Shown piece after piece: positions 28,507 through 44,216 of a stretch of 64,000 nucleotides of DNA (within the stretch, counting starts at the first letter, position 1; each line of letters starts with the position of its first letter). Origin of the DNA: Eledone cirrhosa (lineage: Eukaryota); assembly GCA_964016885.1 (NCBI GenBank), contig OZ024746.1, positions 29,760,001 to 29,824,000 on the forward strand. The letters are read 5' to 3'. The position numbers were made by a program, and so were the translations under genes. The notes under the pieces are model-generated. The model saw only the letters and a program-made list of their open reading frames with translations. It did not search any database and had not been told where the DNA came from.

Positions 28507-29267
28507 TCACTCGATAAACCCGCCATTGGCTTTGATGACGGCCTCAAGGCGGCCTCGGAACCGGCTACAGGCCTTCGTCACTATCCCCCGACTTAGGCCC
28601 CTAAAGGCACTTGTGATCCTGGCCTTCAGATCGTCTTTCGTATTGAAGCTAGATCTGTTGGTGTCTCGTTCCACTGCGCCGCACACAAATAAGTCGAAGG
28701 GGTTGCAGTCAGGCGAGCAGGGAGGCCAGATGTCAGGTGAAGTGTGGTCGACGAAGTTCTCTGATAGCCAGGCTTGGGTCTTTCGGCTGGTATGGCAGGG
28801 CGCTGAGTCTTGCTGCCACATGTACGGCCTACCTGCAGCTACCTGGTCGATCCAGGGCTTTACTACCTCGCTCAGAACACGGATGTAGCCTTCGGTGTTC
28901 AGCTTGAGGCCCTCAGGGTAGGAGTGAGGTGGCATAACGTCACATTGACTGTTGACCATACCTAAGACCAATGTTGTCGCTGGAAACCTTGTCTGCATGA
29001 CTCTGGGCACGTCTTTGGATGAGACACCATTCTCCTGCTGACGCTGAGAAAGTCTGAAATTTCCTTATTTGTTCTCCCTGCGCGGATTCCAAGAACTCCG
29101 TGTCTCTTCCACAAATCTGGAGGTTCAAAATTATTCATAATCAATTATTCTGAAAATAAATAATGGAAATATAGTCACTGTTTTTATGAAGACAAGAGTG
29201 ACAACGGAAATAAAAAAAATTTGCATAAAATTATCATTTGAAAATTGCGAACAAATATCGTCCTAAC

Positions 29268-29274
<7 letters not shown>
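28507..29274 (-). mobile_element. Tc1/mariner DD37D (maT-type) transposon remnant, internally deleted, with one terminus abutting (TA)n
   Basis: ORF 28507-29010 has WQQDSAPCH...WPPCSPDCNPFD, with 37 residues between the catalytic Ds, and ends in RLEAVIKANGGFIE. The N-terminal HTH region is in 28962-29144. The terminus reads TA-CAGAGTTAGGACG at ~29274. Confidence 0.9.
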
Positions 29275-29352
<78 letters not shown>

Positions 29353-30182
29353 AGTGCCTCCTGTGCAACAATCTGGAAGACCACAAATCTGAGTAATACT
29401 CAATCTATGGTGAGATGTAGAGTGGGTATATTGATGAGGTAGAGGCCATAGAGTGAGCTTTGGTATTTACAGCTTGTATCCTCTGCAAGCTTCTTCAAGG
29501 TATTTTAAGTACCTCGAAGATGCTTGGCGTAGTTAAACGCAGAAAGCAGGAAAACTATAAGAAGAAACATTTCTAACATAGCCAAAGTAAAATTCTGTAA
29601 GAAATCGTTTATTGAAATAGAAGACTTTTAAAACAGATACGATTTCATAGGGCCAGATGTAGTTTGAGTGGTTTGCTATTAAATGTGATAATATATATTT
29701 ATAATTACACGTATTGATGTTAGACAATTGCAACTACTTATCTTAATGTAATTCTGTTCACATTCCTTCTCATAGATATATGATTTTTCCATTCCCACCG
29801 ATCTTCGTATTACGAGCAAGAACACAAGTTTATGTATATATAGGTGATGAAAATCGGTTAATTTCCATTAAAATGAAAACTATAAACAGCATTAATGCAA
29901 AGAATTAATGGATTCAAGCGACCAGCCAGTAAATACAGTTGTGAATATGGTGTGGAAGTAGTGATGAGATAACTAAGATAAAATAACTAAAAAGTGACGT
30001 AAAATGTTGAACGTAAAATCTGATAGAGTCATGACAAATGGACTAAAGTAAAATATAAATAGAACATAAATAACATATATATTAGTGTTTAAAATAATTG
30101 CGCATCAAAGGGAGATATTTATTTCTCTCTCTCACATTCTTACTTCTCCCTTTCTCACTCATTCCCTATGAGGTTCACTCTC

Positions 30183-30244
<62 letters not shown>

Positions 30245-30335
30245 TCTCTCTCTCTCTGTCTTTCTATCGCTTTCCGTCATTCTCTATCTCTCCGTCATTC
30301 TCATTTTTCTTTTTTTGTCTCTCTCTCATTCTCTG

Positions 30336-31299
<964 letters not shown>

Positions 31300-31314
31300 A
31301 TATATAAGTATGCT

Positions 31315-31598
31315 TTTATCGTTTTCGGTGCGTCCGGCCGATTAACTCACTCGATATGCAAGTTAGGCTGCTCAGCCGTTAATATGCATAGGGAAAGTGT
31401 ATACTTTCAGACGTTCAATCATCTGGCAGGACGGTATACGATGCTGATGACAGCTAATAAGCTTGAAACTAGTACATCGTTCCTTTGTCTGTGTTGAACA
31501 AAAGGGAAACGATGGTTGTTAAACAATGTACGTCTTAATTCGGGATGTTTGTTTACAAACAAACCGACCATTATAATAATGGCTCGGTAAATCCATAC

Positions 31599-31641
<43 letters not shown>

Positions 31642-31770
31642 CATGTATGTATATGTATATATACATACTACTGTACGTCTGTATACATATATACATGTAC
31701 GTATACACACTTATATTTAAGTAACAGCCGTACTAAGAGTGAGAAATGAAATTTCGTTGCATTTTTTCCA
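31315..31770 (+). mobile_element. ~456-nt non-coding HHR retroelement monomer (family A, retrozyme-like)
   Basis: Homologous to 3896-4216 (minus, permuted), 4217-4296 (plus) and 21567-21781 (minus). Contains one HHR and an internal (TA)n tract. Confidence 0.8.
31439..31479 (+). ncRNA. Minimal type-I hammerhead ribozyme (family A)
   Basis: CGATG-CTGATGA-cAGCT aata AGCTt-GAAA-CTAG-TA-CATCG. Confidence 0.9.
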
Positions 31771-32207
31771 TATAGAAAAAGTAAATAACAACAAGTTAAG
31801 AAAGGTGGTAGGTAGTAGGTTCATATATATATATCTGTCCCTTTTTTGCCCCCGTTCAAGTCACAGAATGTAAATAAGCCTAGTTTCTGTTAAAGGACGT
31901 ACTGAAAAATGTATCAACCCCGACATATCCTCTCAGCATCACATTGCATAACTCAATAGATCCTCCAGTTCAAATTTTGCTCGCGTCCTCTATCATATTC
32001 TAAACATTCATAGCTGAAAACTTTATCGTCTTTCCTGCTTTCAGGATTTCATCAAATATCTCTATAATCTCCTACCATACCGGCTTCGATTATGTTATCA
32101 TTTGTCAGAAACTACTTTCAATATTAATTGTTTTTATATTTCTCCTACGAATAAAATAAAGCGGCCCACTTGCCATCAGGCAAGCTGGCGACCTGTCCAG
32201 TCCGCCG

Positions 32208-32240
<33 letters not shown>

Positions 32241-32307
32241 CGTTATTCCGGGTTGAATCGGAGGTAACCACAGTAAGTAAGGTACTCAATACATAGCAGA
32301 GTATAAC

Positions 32308-32462
32308 AGTTTTAATATAGATGAGATTCTACAGGACTAGAACTGTTTCATTCATTAGAAATCATCAGGAATCTGGGTATCAAAACCATTTTGATACCCA
32401 GATTCCTGATGATTTCTAATGAATGAAACAGTTCTAGTCCTGTAGAATCTCATCTATATTAA

Positions 32463-32466
<4 letters not shown>
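32308..32466. repeat. Near-perfect palindrome with HHRs
   Basis: Axis GATACC/GGTATC around 32387. A diverged relative lies at 32705-32828. Confidence 0.95.
32400..32450 (+). ncRNA. Canonical type-I hammerhead (mirror 32324-32374 on minus strand)
   Basis: AGATTC-CTGATGA-tTTC taat GAAt-GAAA-CAG ttctagtc CTG-TA-GAATCT. Confidence 0.92.
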
Positions 32467-32528
<62 letters not shown>

Positions 32529-32918
32529 GATAGTTTAGATGAGTTGATAACATATTCATATAAAACAAAGAATAATTGTTTCTACATTAGGCACAAGGCC
32601 AGCAATTACCCAGTGCATTACTGGTACTTTATTTTATCAACCCCGTAAGGATGAAAGGCAAAGTCAAACAAAGAATAATAATATATATTTATATATATCC
32701 TTATTTTATATAGAAATGACTTCTACAGGACGAGAGTGGTTTCATTCGTATGAAATCATGAGATACAATCTTGGTGGTTTCATGCGAATGATAAAGTTGT
32801 ATTTCACTGGAAGTCATTTCTACATAAATTAAAGATCCTTATATTCTATCAAAGCATTTAATTGTGATCACCACCGGACTCATTTCGAGGTTCTACCTAT
32901 AGTACTTATTATATATAA

Positions 32919-33084
<166 letters not shown>

Positions 33085-33155
33085 TGTGCGTGTGTGTGTG
33101 TGTGTGTGTGTGCGCGTGTGTGTGTGTGTGTGTGTGTGCGTGTGTGTGTGTGTGC

Positions 33156-33279
<124 letters not shown>

Positions 33280-33304
33280 GTTCCACAGCATTTAGTTCAC
33301 ACAC

Positions 33305-33385
33305 CAATTGTTTCACTTTATCCGGATCATCAGCTCGGAATAAAGACCGAGATAATAATCCGAATAAGGTGAAACAATTGTTCTC
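33305..33385. ncRNA. Pair of decayed hammerheads in an inverted repeat
   Basis: Minus strand: GAG-CTGATGA-tccggataaagt-GAAA-CAATTG. Plus strand: GAG-ATAATAA-tccgaataaggt-GAAA-CAATTG-TT-CTC. Confidence 0.65.
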
Positions 33386-33636
33386 ATCGGTATGGTGAAC
33401 TAACCGTTGTGGAACTACTCCTACACCAAACTCGTCCCATGGACTGAGTACTCTACTACTACAGATATAACCCACCAGTGTTCTACTATTATGTGTATAT
33501 ATATATAGATATATATATATATGTGTGTTTGTCTTTCTTTTATATTCAATTATAATATACGACTCGGAAAAATCTCTTTCCTAGAGCAATTTTATTGTAA
33601 GAGACTATTTAGAGTTTCTAACTCAATATATACCTT

Positions 33637-33673
<37 letters not shown>

Positions 33674-33828
33674 AGTGTGTGAAGGTGGGTGTTTATATAT
33701 GCATTTGCCTATATATTTGTAGGTGCGTATATGTGAGTGTACATGTGTATGAGAGTATATACATGTAATTATTAGAACGTTACATTGTATCACCCTATAC
33801 AGACATTAATAGAGCTTGCTTTAAACCA

Positions 33829-34405
33829 CAGGTTCTCAACCCTTTTGTCTTTCAAAATCAGGAAACGCCCCCCCCCCCCCCCACACACACACACCCTATT
33901 TTTCCATTTTTCAATATACTACTGATTTTTATATCAGTAGATTACTAAAAAAATGATTAACAATATTCCAAAGATGTGTGTATTATCTGATTATGTGTTG
34001 TATGTGGGTCCTAGATGTGTGTGCTACTCGCTTCTGTTTTTTTTTTATTTTTTTTTTATTTGTAATATTATTTATACAATAGGGAATAAAATAGATCTAC
34101 ATAGTGTTAACTCCTTACGGTTGAGTCAATAATTTCAGACATGAAATACATTGTTATCGGTGAAAGAAAAATAAGATTCTAACTGGCTGTGCTCAAAGTG
34201 TCTTTGACCCAGTTGACTGTGGGTTTTTCCATTTTTAGGATCTCAATTACCGGTTAACGTCTCAATTACCAGACATGCCTGCACACCTGCTCACAGCTGC
34301 GGTCAGACTATAGTTATGCTCTCTGCAAGCTCATTCAAATGCATTCACACTGGCTGTCTCAAAGACATACAAATATGGCTTATAAAACTTACCAAAATAA
34401 AGAGA
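33829..34405 (+). mobile_element. Longer, partial copy of the same hAT-like element
   Basis: 33829-33945 matches 38936-39052 and 34349-34403 matches 39053-39108, with ~400 bp of extra internal sequence. Confidence 0.65.
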
Positions 34406-35418
34406 TTTCCGGGTCTCAGTTCCAGTCTGCTCTATGGGTAAATTCCCTGGGGTAGGGGCGACCCGACTCGCCTCACGTGTATGAGTCAGTTCCTCAATAG
34501 AGCTGCCATTGTTCTTGCCATGCCTAATTCCCTCATTGGCTGTCCTAAGTCTACTATAATCCATCTTAGCTATATTCTGAGCTATGTTACTAGTTGTGGA
34601 GTAGGACAGCTTGATGGTATTTCTATTAAATATTTTATAATATCTGGGCGATCTAGGGAAGCATTTGTCTAAGGCCCTAAAGAAAAGCTTAGCTATACTA
34701 GTGGTCAGGCCAGTGGAGTAAGGGGGATTATACCACAGGATTTTCTGGTCCGATGCCTCTTGTTCCTACTAACTATATTAGAATTACCTGTCTCCCTAGT
34801 AGTTACTAGTCTATTGTAACTGTAAATTACCTGTGGGTCGGTGGTGTCCTGGGGTGTCACGATTGTGTTCGGATTCGTCCCAAGTCTCCAGGGCGGTGTA
34901 CCCCCCGTGCGGCTATTGGAGTTACCCTCGATAGCTGGAGTTGTATCCGCTATGCGTCTGCTACACCTGTCCCTATTCCCCCTACTCGACCCTCGTTCCA
35001 TACTGCGTTCAACGGTAGTTCTATCGGTTCCACAATTAAGGTTACTATTAGAGTTTCCACTGGCGTTACGTTCCTCAGACCCAGTGTTAGTACCTGGGTG
35101 GCTGTTTCTATTAGTACCAACAGCATTGGGACTAGGCGGCAGTACAGCATGAAGACTGTGAATCCTCCCTCGTATCCCGCCTGCTGTTAACTAGAGTGTC
35201 ACCATTTAGGCCTAAGCTATCGCGAACAAAGTTACTTCTACTATTTAATGGACGTTTGAATGAGATTCCCTCGCTATTCCCTGCGCGTTCCAAGGCGCTA
35301 TTATAGTAATTCGATTTTTTTTGGACGATTCGGATGGGTATATGCCATTTACCATAACACACACTTGAAGATATGGATGTTACAATTGGATCTCTACACG
35401 TACAGCAGAACACTGAAC

Positions 35419-35495
<77 letters not shown>

Positions 35496-35630
35496 TGTTG
35501 TAGTTGTTATTGTTATTGTTCTATCATACCATTTGCTTAGGTGACCTTATCAAAATTGCATACCATAAGAAATTGTAAATACAAAATATAACAAAACGAA
35601 CAGTATATATACATATATAGTTACACACGT

Positions 35631-35670
<40 letters not shown>

Positions 35671-36408
35671 CCATATATTTATATATCTATCTCTCTCTCT
35701 CTATATATATATATATATAAAGCCCATAATAAGGAAATGTTAGAATATTTGGAATGTAACAATATGAAATATGTGAAAAGAAATCTTTATTTATTTCTAT
35801 GGAAAAATTATTTTTTAAATCTTTTATGAAAATTATTCATTTGGATATTTTTTTTATTGTTGCTGCTTAGTAAATAAAATGTTGTGTTAGGTGAAACAAC
35901 CTACTTAGATCAAAAAGTCGTTAACGCAGAACGATATAGAGTGCGAGTGTATTAGAATTCACAGAACGCTGAGAAATACACAACGCATGCCGTTTATGAC
36001 AGCGTCGGGTAAACATTACCTCAAAGGACAAAAATATATGGGTAAAAGTGTGTTGGCCCGCAGAAGTTATACGAAGAAAATGAATGAGACAAGATGACAC
36101 AACTGAAGAGGTTAAAATGTGTGTGTGAGATTTCGTTCATATTCTTTCTTTATTTCTTCCTATCACGTCTGCAGACCAACACACAGTATGCGTATTATAA
36201 AGAAAAATAACAATCTCTTCCATAATGATTATAATGTATGTATATCTATATATAGTAAAAGAATGAAGAATAACATGGTCGGCTGTACAATAGGATTTAT
36301 TTACAGTATTAATAATTGTTTCTTTAATCAGGTGAGTCTAAAAGCCACTGATCGTAGATGCTACGTCATTCGACCTTAATTACAGTGCATACCAAATGAT
36401 ATCGCCAG

Positions 36409-36486
<78 letters not shown>

Positions 36487-36549
36487 TGTGTGATCGTGTG
36501 TGTGTGTGTGTGTGTGTGTTCGTGTGTGTTCGTGTGTGTGTGTGTGTTC

Positions 36550-36654
<105 letters not shown>

Positions 36655-37661
36655 GCTGTCCACTTTTTCACGACTCTAGGGTACGAATCTGTCAGACTAT
36701 ATTTCATAGTCTAAAATCTAGGTTGAAGCTCCTACCTTTAAAATAATGTATCATACATTCATAATTTATATTTGGCGTAACGCTTCTAATAATATGATTA
36801 TTTATTTACCAACTGACAGAAAGAAAGGTTTTAACACAAGGGAAAACTTATTCAGTTCTCTTTGGTGCAATCAACAACGCGGTCGACCGAGCAATTTTGG
36901 ACTCATTGGTTACACTTTCCCGTTTTATCCGTTCTTGGGATATACATGCTCAATATTTTACACTATTTTTCATAGTGAAAAAAAAAACAAAAAAACCGGC
37001 GCTGAAATTTTCTAGCATACATTTAAAAACTGCAAAACCTTGTTTGTCAGCTGCAGTTATGAACTGAGATATTACATTGCTTTTTCAAATCCCATGGTCA
37101 TTCTTGTCCGAAGGGTTTCATTACTCTTTTTTAGATGGCAAAATGGTACAGTTTCTCTGCACTCTGAATTCATACCCTACCCATGTCGCCTTTGCCTTTT
37201 ACCATTTCGAGATCGATGAAAGAAATGAACGTCCACTTCTCTTTATCACTTCCCTGTTTCTCTATCAATATAATTTTATTTCTCAGGAATACATCTACTC
37301 TGCTCAGTCATGGATGGAAAATAATCGACTTCACAGGCGTTTAATATCGCTAAGACACGTATATGATAGAATCAATTCCAATATCTTAGTTTTTGGTCAC
37401 AGAATAAATTCATAAAATAAAAAGTGTTGGGGTGGGCGCGTTGAAAGTACTCCATAACCTTAAAATAAATTCAGTAAATACATAATCTTATCTCACGAAA
37501 TGAAAACCATGGCATGCAAAGGAAATATACAAACTGCTGAAAATTATATATTTCTACACCATTTATAGTACCTTACATTTCTTGTAATCTGATCAATGTT
37601 CAAAGACATTAAAATGCTGTTGGGCTGTTTTGCAATAATTTTCCCATTACATGTATAACAC

Positions 37662-37775
<114 letters not shown>

Positions 37776-37815
37776 ATATATATACATGTATATATATATA
37801 TATATACATGTACTT

Positions 37816-37847
<32 letters not shown>

Positions 37848-37878
37848 GTACATATATATATATGTGTGTGTGTGTATG

Positions 37879-37959
<81 letters not shown>

Positions 37960-38128
37960 ATACATGTATATATATATATATATACATGTACATACACACA
38001 CACACACATATATATATATATGTACATATACATATATATACAGATATATATATACATGTATATATATATATATATATATATCTGTATATATATATATGTA
38101 CATATATATATATGTGTGTGTGTGTATG

Positions 38129-38187
<59 letters not shown>

Positions 38188-38859
38188 CTGTGTGCGTGCG
38201 TGGTGTGCTTGGTATTGTGTGTGTACAAATATGTTATGTATGTATGTGTATAGACTAAAAAATAAAACAGCTATATACCGCCGAGCAAGAGGTTAGTAGT
38301 TACCCCCTCCTTCCACTTCACCACATTTGGTTATATCATTTCTCTTTCCCCCTCATTGTCTCTTGTTTCTCTCTTTCTGTTTATTATTTTAATGTTATTT
38401 AAAAATACTTATATTACTGCATTTTTCTATTCAACACCAAATATTTATATATAATTATTTGGGTGTATTAAGCGCGCTATTTCAATGACATTTTTATACT
38501 AGAATGACAAGTAGAATATCTGATACACACTATTCTCTCGGTCAAATTTCGTTGGTATCTTGCCAATCTAAATGTTCGCATTAAACTGTATTTATATGAC
38601 CTTAAATTTGAAAGAAAGTGTACAAGAGAATCTGAGGCCTCCAGCCCACCCACCACTGTCTGTCTTACTAATAGTAAATAATAAGAACACTAACTGACAC
38701 TTCTCTTCTTGGGTTACTGACACACACTGAGACACACTGTCACCACGACATTCTTTGTGCTGTTGATAAACTCTATTGGATTTTTTACATACTAAATCAT
38801 GTCGAACAGAAAAAAATGTGAATTAAATTACTTTGTCATTATATTCCCCCATCTCTCTC

Positions 38860-38911
<52 letters not shown>

Positions 38912-38935
38912 ATATATATATATATATATATAACA

Positions 38936-39231
38936 CAGGTTCTCAACCCATTTAGGCCAAACGCCCCCTTTTGTCCCTCGAAATCACGAAACGCCCCCTA
39001 CCCTATTTTTCCATTTTTCAATATACTACTGATTTTGATATCTGTAGATTACACTGGCTGTCTCAAAGACATACAAATATCGCTTATAAAACTTACCAAA
39101 GTAAAGAGCCTTCCGGTGCACTCCAAAGCTCCAAACGCCCCCCTAATGCCCCCTTGCTCCCAAACGCCCCCCCCCCCCCTGGATTTCCGAAACGCCCCCT
39201 GGGGGTGCATATGCCCCCATTGAGAACCTTT
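38936..39231. mobile_element. hAT-like MITE
   Basis: Termini AGGTTCTCAA...TTGAGAACCT with internal AAACGCCCC subterminal repeats. Confidence 0.7.
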
Positions 39232-39348
39232 GATATAGAACAAAGTGGAGGTGTTACATAGGAGATTTATTGCTCAATCCTGGTTACAAATGTTTCTCAA
39301 GCAGGTGGCTCATGATCTGAGATGTCACCCGCAGACTAGACTCCAAGT

Positions 39349-39564
39349 TTGCCAGATCCTCAGACCAGTGTTAACACAACAAAACAGAGAATTTTCCACC
39401 TCAATTTGAAGTTCCGGTTCTCGTCATTCAGCCTCTACACGCACTCGGCTAGGCTAGTGTTGGACCTATTGTTTCCCTTGTCTAAAGGAGCACATGTGGT
39501 TGTGGAAGGGGATTTGAACTCGGTACTTGTGGAACCACATACACAAATTCCTCTCTTTCGTTGA
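39349..39564 (+). pseudogene. Possible L1/Tx1 APE endonuclease fragment
   Basis: VVVEGDLNSVL resembles the GDFNxVL motif; there is little other support. Confidence 0.35.
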
Positions 39565-39830
39565 AGACCATACAGTCAATGGGGGGGGGGGGCGTCTGCA
39601 ATTGCAGTTCGTCGGAGATCTACCAGGCACGCCGTAGGGTGCGGTGTTTGATGTGAAATATATCAAATGTAAGTGTACAATCCAATCAAGAAGGGGTGAT
39701 TAGATATTAGTTTGTGAGAATTATAAGCCAGTAGCGAAGAGGACAGTGTGTTCATTACGTATAAGATGCAAAAGAGAATTGTAAACAAATAAATATTTTT
39801 TCAAGAATTTGGTTGTTTAGACTTGTACTA

Positions 39831-39975
<145 letters not shown>

Positions 39976-42900
39976 ATATATATATATATAAGGGAAATAA
40001 GAGGAGGGAGGTGTCTCCCAAGCGAAGACGTGACTTGGATACTTGCATCAGAGTCGACACATCTGACACAACTGGCCAGATGAGTTCAACTAAAGATTTT
40101 GGTATCACAGTAGGACTTTAACACAGAGCAGGAAGAACAGGACCAAATATCGGAAGGTATCTTGTTCCACCCTCTAACAACTCAACTCATCCATTGCTCT
40201 GGACAGGTATTTTATTGCCCCTGAAGCTTTGAAGTCAGGTGCAAGAGAGCCGGATAATCTAGTTCAACTCCTTTACCACTCGCCAATTCTCCGCCTAGAG
40301 AAGAAAAGATCATATTTGTGAAATGTATGCAGTTCTAAAGGGCATTGATGACGAGAACATATGTGAAATTTATGGGCTTTTAATAGAAATCGATGAAAAT
40401 ATGATTTGTGAAATTTATGTGCTTCCAGAAATTTATGCGGTGAAATATGCGCGCTTCTAAAAGACAATGATGACGATAAGAATTGTGAAACTTATGCTTT
40501 TCTAAAGGACGTTAATGGCATAAGAAAATAACCTTTATACATCTGCTTACAACTTTAAACTTTGATCTTTTGTAATCTTGGTATGAATATAAATAGTGGA
40601 TGTTTTTGTAACAATCTTCATTAGTTTTCATATTAAATCTGTCGGATTGCTGCTCATGAATATAATATTTCTACAACCAACAATTAGTATGAATAGTTAA
40701 CATTGGGATGTACCTATATTCTATGAATTATATAAATTCGTATTTAATGTATTTTACACTTTTCTCTCACTATGTTTGTAGACATTAATATTTAAAAGAA
40801 GTAGAATCACTGCAGCTGTTCTGACAAATGCTAATTTCTTATGTCTCAAATTCAATTAAAATTACACAAAACCTTTTTTTTTTATATTTGGCATTCATAG
40901 TTTGCTGAATTAGACATATCCAGACATTGTCAATATCTGATCTAAAAAAAATCTGTCTTTAATTTATTCTACAAAAAAAATAGTATGTTTGAAGAAAACA
41001 ACAAAAATACAATTTGTTTTGAAAAAGAAAAATGTTTTAGTTATAAAACCTATAAGTATCTCGTAGTAAGTGAGTGTTGCACGCGATAGATAAACATCCT
41101 GAAATACATATATACAACGGTTGTAAACGGCTGCTGGGTGACTACGGTATGATCACAGTTTAGAATACTCACTTTGAACAGATATGTATATTTATATTTA
41201 TTATAGGGAAATATATAGCACGTAGCTCCACATACAAGTTTACGCTAAATCTCGCTGTGTTAATGCTATCGATAATTAATTTCACATATCAATGCTGCTC
41301 ATTGTTTGATATCTAAAATATTAATAGTTGTTTAGTGTGGTGGCAGGGATAGTTGGTTCTGCTGTTCTTGTTACTGTTGCTAAAGTTCTTGATGTTACAA
41401 TCCTGTTATTTTTTAGCCGCAAACCATTGACAAAAATCGTTAAAGTCTTTCCCATCATATCTTTTAAACAGTTTCTTAGACTATTCAAGCCTGTCCAAAA
41501 TTAATCCAACGTGTCAATTCTGTTTTTAAGACTCTTTGCATCTTCAGTGAAATCTCATTGTGGTCAACTCGGGTTGTAGATATATCCATCTCTTGAGTTG
41601 AAACCATCACTTGTCTACTGGGTGACATTAACGATGTCGACTTTGTTATAGGTTCCAGTTTATACATAGATACCTCCCCAAATTCCGGTGTGTAGATCAT
41701 TTGCTACCTCTCTTTCATCAGTCCCTGGGAGCGTAAAATAGGGTATAGGCTCTACACTTCTCTCTTGACTAAATCATAGAAAAATAGTGTACTCGACTTG
41801 TGCAAGAATTGACTGCTATTTCTAACAGGTTTATATCTATCTAGGTAGTAGATTAATCGCTGGTTAGTAACAAATACATTTATGATAATGGATGGAACAG
41901 TAACTCAACGGTTTCAAAGATGAGTGGTACAGTTATTTTATCAACAGAACAGTCTATTCATGAAATACACGTGTAAGTGACTAAGCATTCTACAGACGTT
42001 TGTACTCTAAACGTAATTTTCAGGAATGTTGAGCGTAGCAGACTGTATGTTGCATTACAGGTATGGTACATCTGACAGGCTTTGAAACAGTTTCCGCCTA
42101 CCCACGTTCAATCAGAAGGGATGGCTTCATCCGATGTTATGGAACTGTCGCACAAGATACTCTGGGTACTAACGATTGATAAGCTAACTCTTTAACATTT
42201 GGACCATGACGCGTCCACAGTGATATGGTACAGTCCACTAAAGTAATAGAAAAATTGTTTATTTGGCATATTTGGCTGCTAATTCTGGCAGAGAAAGTCT
42301 CCGATTAGAGGCTCCTTCGCTAATTCGTCAAAGAATATAAAACTATAGGAGCTATTGTTGTTCTATATCAACTTAGATAAGTTGGTAAATTGCCCGTAGT
42401 CGTTAAAACGTTAGAATGCTTCACACCATTCGTCGTTCCGACGACTTGCGCTCTGAATTCAAATTCAGCCTAAGTCAGCTTTGCCTTTCTTCCTTACGGA
42501 GTCAATAAGATAAAGTACCAGTAATACACTGGAGTCGGTTTAATCAACTTTCCCCTTCCTTTCATATTGCTGTACTTGAGCCAAAAGTAGGAATAATTAT
42601 TTCGAGGTGGACAAACTATTTATATCTTCACTTTCTTTTACTTTTTCTTCTCACTAACTCAGGATGAGTTCGGACCTGAAGTAAGATGGCGTACGCCAGG
42701 TTTTAATACCCTTGTCGACACCCTTACGATCCCATGAAGATTTAACAGTCCATGTTACATCATTTTGTATCAGATTAACAAAAGCTCCCAATTTACCAAA
42801 TGATACGGCAATATACAGTTGCTTTGTTTTATCTTTTCAGTTTCCTCCGTTTATATTATAACAACTGAAACTCCCTTTAATCTTATTGTCTTAGGTGAGC

Positions 42901-44097
42901 ACCTGTAACAAACATCTTTTCACTTTTGGATTATCAAACTTGATAACATTTTACCCATAGATTATATCTTACATATCAATGAAACTGATGAATAATTCAA
43001 GAATCTTTGGTTCACTAGTCAGATATCTTGATGTATGTATGTGTGCGCAATCTGAGAAGACGAAGAAGAAGAAGAGCAATGAAAGCAGCATTAGTAATAG
43101 CTGTAGCACTAGCAGTCACAAGAAGAATAAGCAGAAAGAGGGGGAGGAAGAGGAGAAACAGTTATGGAGGAAGAATCGATACTAGTAATGGACTGGTATT
43201 TTATTTATCAACCTCCAAAAGATGAAAGCCAAAGTTGACCTTGGCAGGAATTAAACCCTAAAAGCCGAGAAACTGTATAAATACTACAAAGCGTTCTAGA
43301 CAACATTCTAACGACTATGTGTGTATTTAGAATCTGATTAAAACTTTGTTGTGTAACCCCAGGACAGACATGATCGGGAAGTCTCAATAACCAAAGCCTT
43401 CCATGTAATACATTCTCCAATTGGATGGTCGACTTAATCTGTCACCCAGTTTAACACCATCACCTGGATTGTGGTTCACTAGCAAGAATTCGGACAAAAT
43501 CTTTCATTTAAGGTTAAATTTCTCTCTCGCTACAATTCAAATTAAATTCCCATGAATATGAGTGCCATGCGCAATGCCTTTCCTGTCGAAGCTCTAAAAA
43601 GAAGAAGGTACTGTCGGCTGTGATTTGTGACATATTTGGTTGCTATATCTAGTATTTTGCGTGACCTAGTAGATGCCTTCACACATTCGTTCAATTAAAT
43701 GCTTAACTTGTTAAGCTATAAATTAAGCCATAAAGTTAGTGAACGAGGGATTTGAGGATGTAAGCTACACTACTAGCGATACCTTATTCAAATAAGAGGA
43801 GATATTAAGACGCTGTGATTAGTTCATCTTCCACTTTCTTGTCACTTTCACTCCTATCCCCACCAAATAACTTCGTCCCCACCACCACCAAATCCAACCA
43901 CATCATTACCACCATCATCACAGGAAGTAGTTTACTACGAGATTAAATAACTATTTGATTCACGACAAATTTGCAAGCTATTTTACACACACAAACACAC
44001 ACATATATATATATATATATCCTTATATATTTATGCTTATATATGTACATATGCATACATAAACTTATATACAACTCTCTTTTTCTCTGTCTGTTTT

Positions 44098-44216
<119 letters not shown>

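Noticed and set aside
28526-28888. 120-aa plus-strand ORF
   Set aside because: Antisense shadow of the transposase frame.
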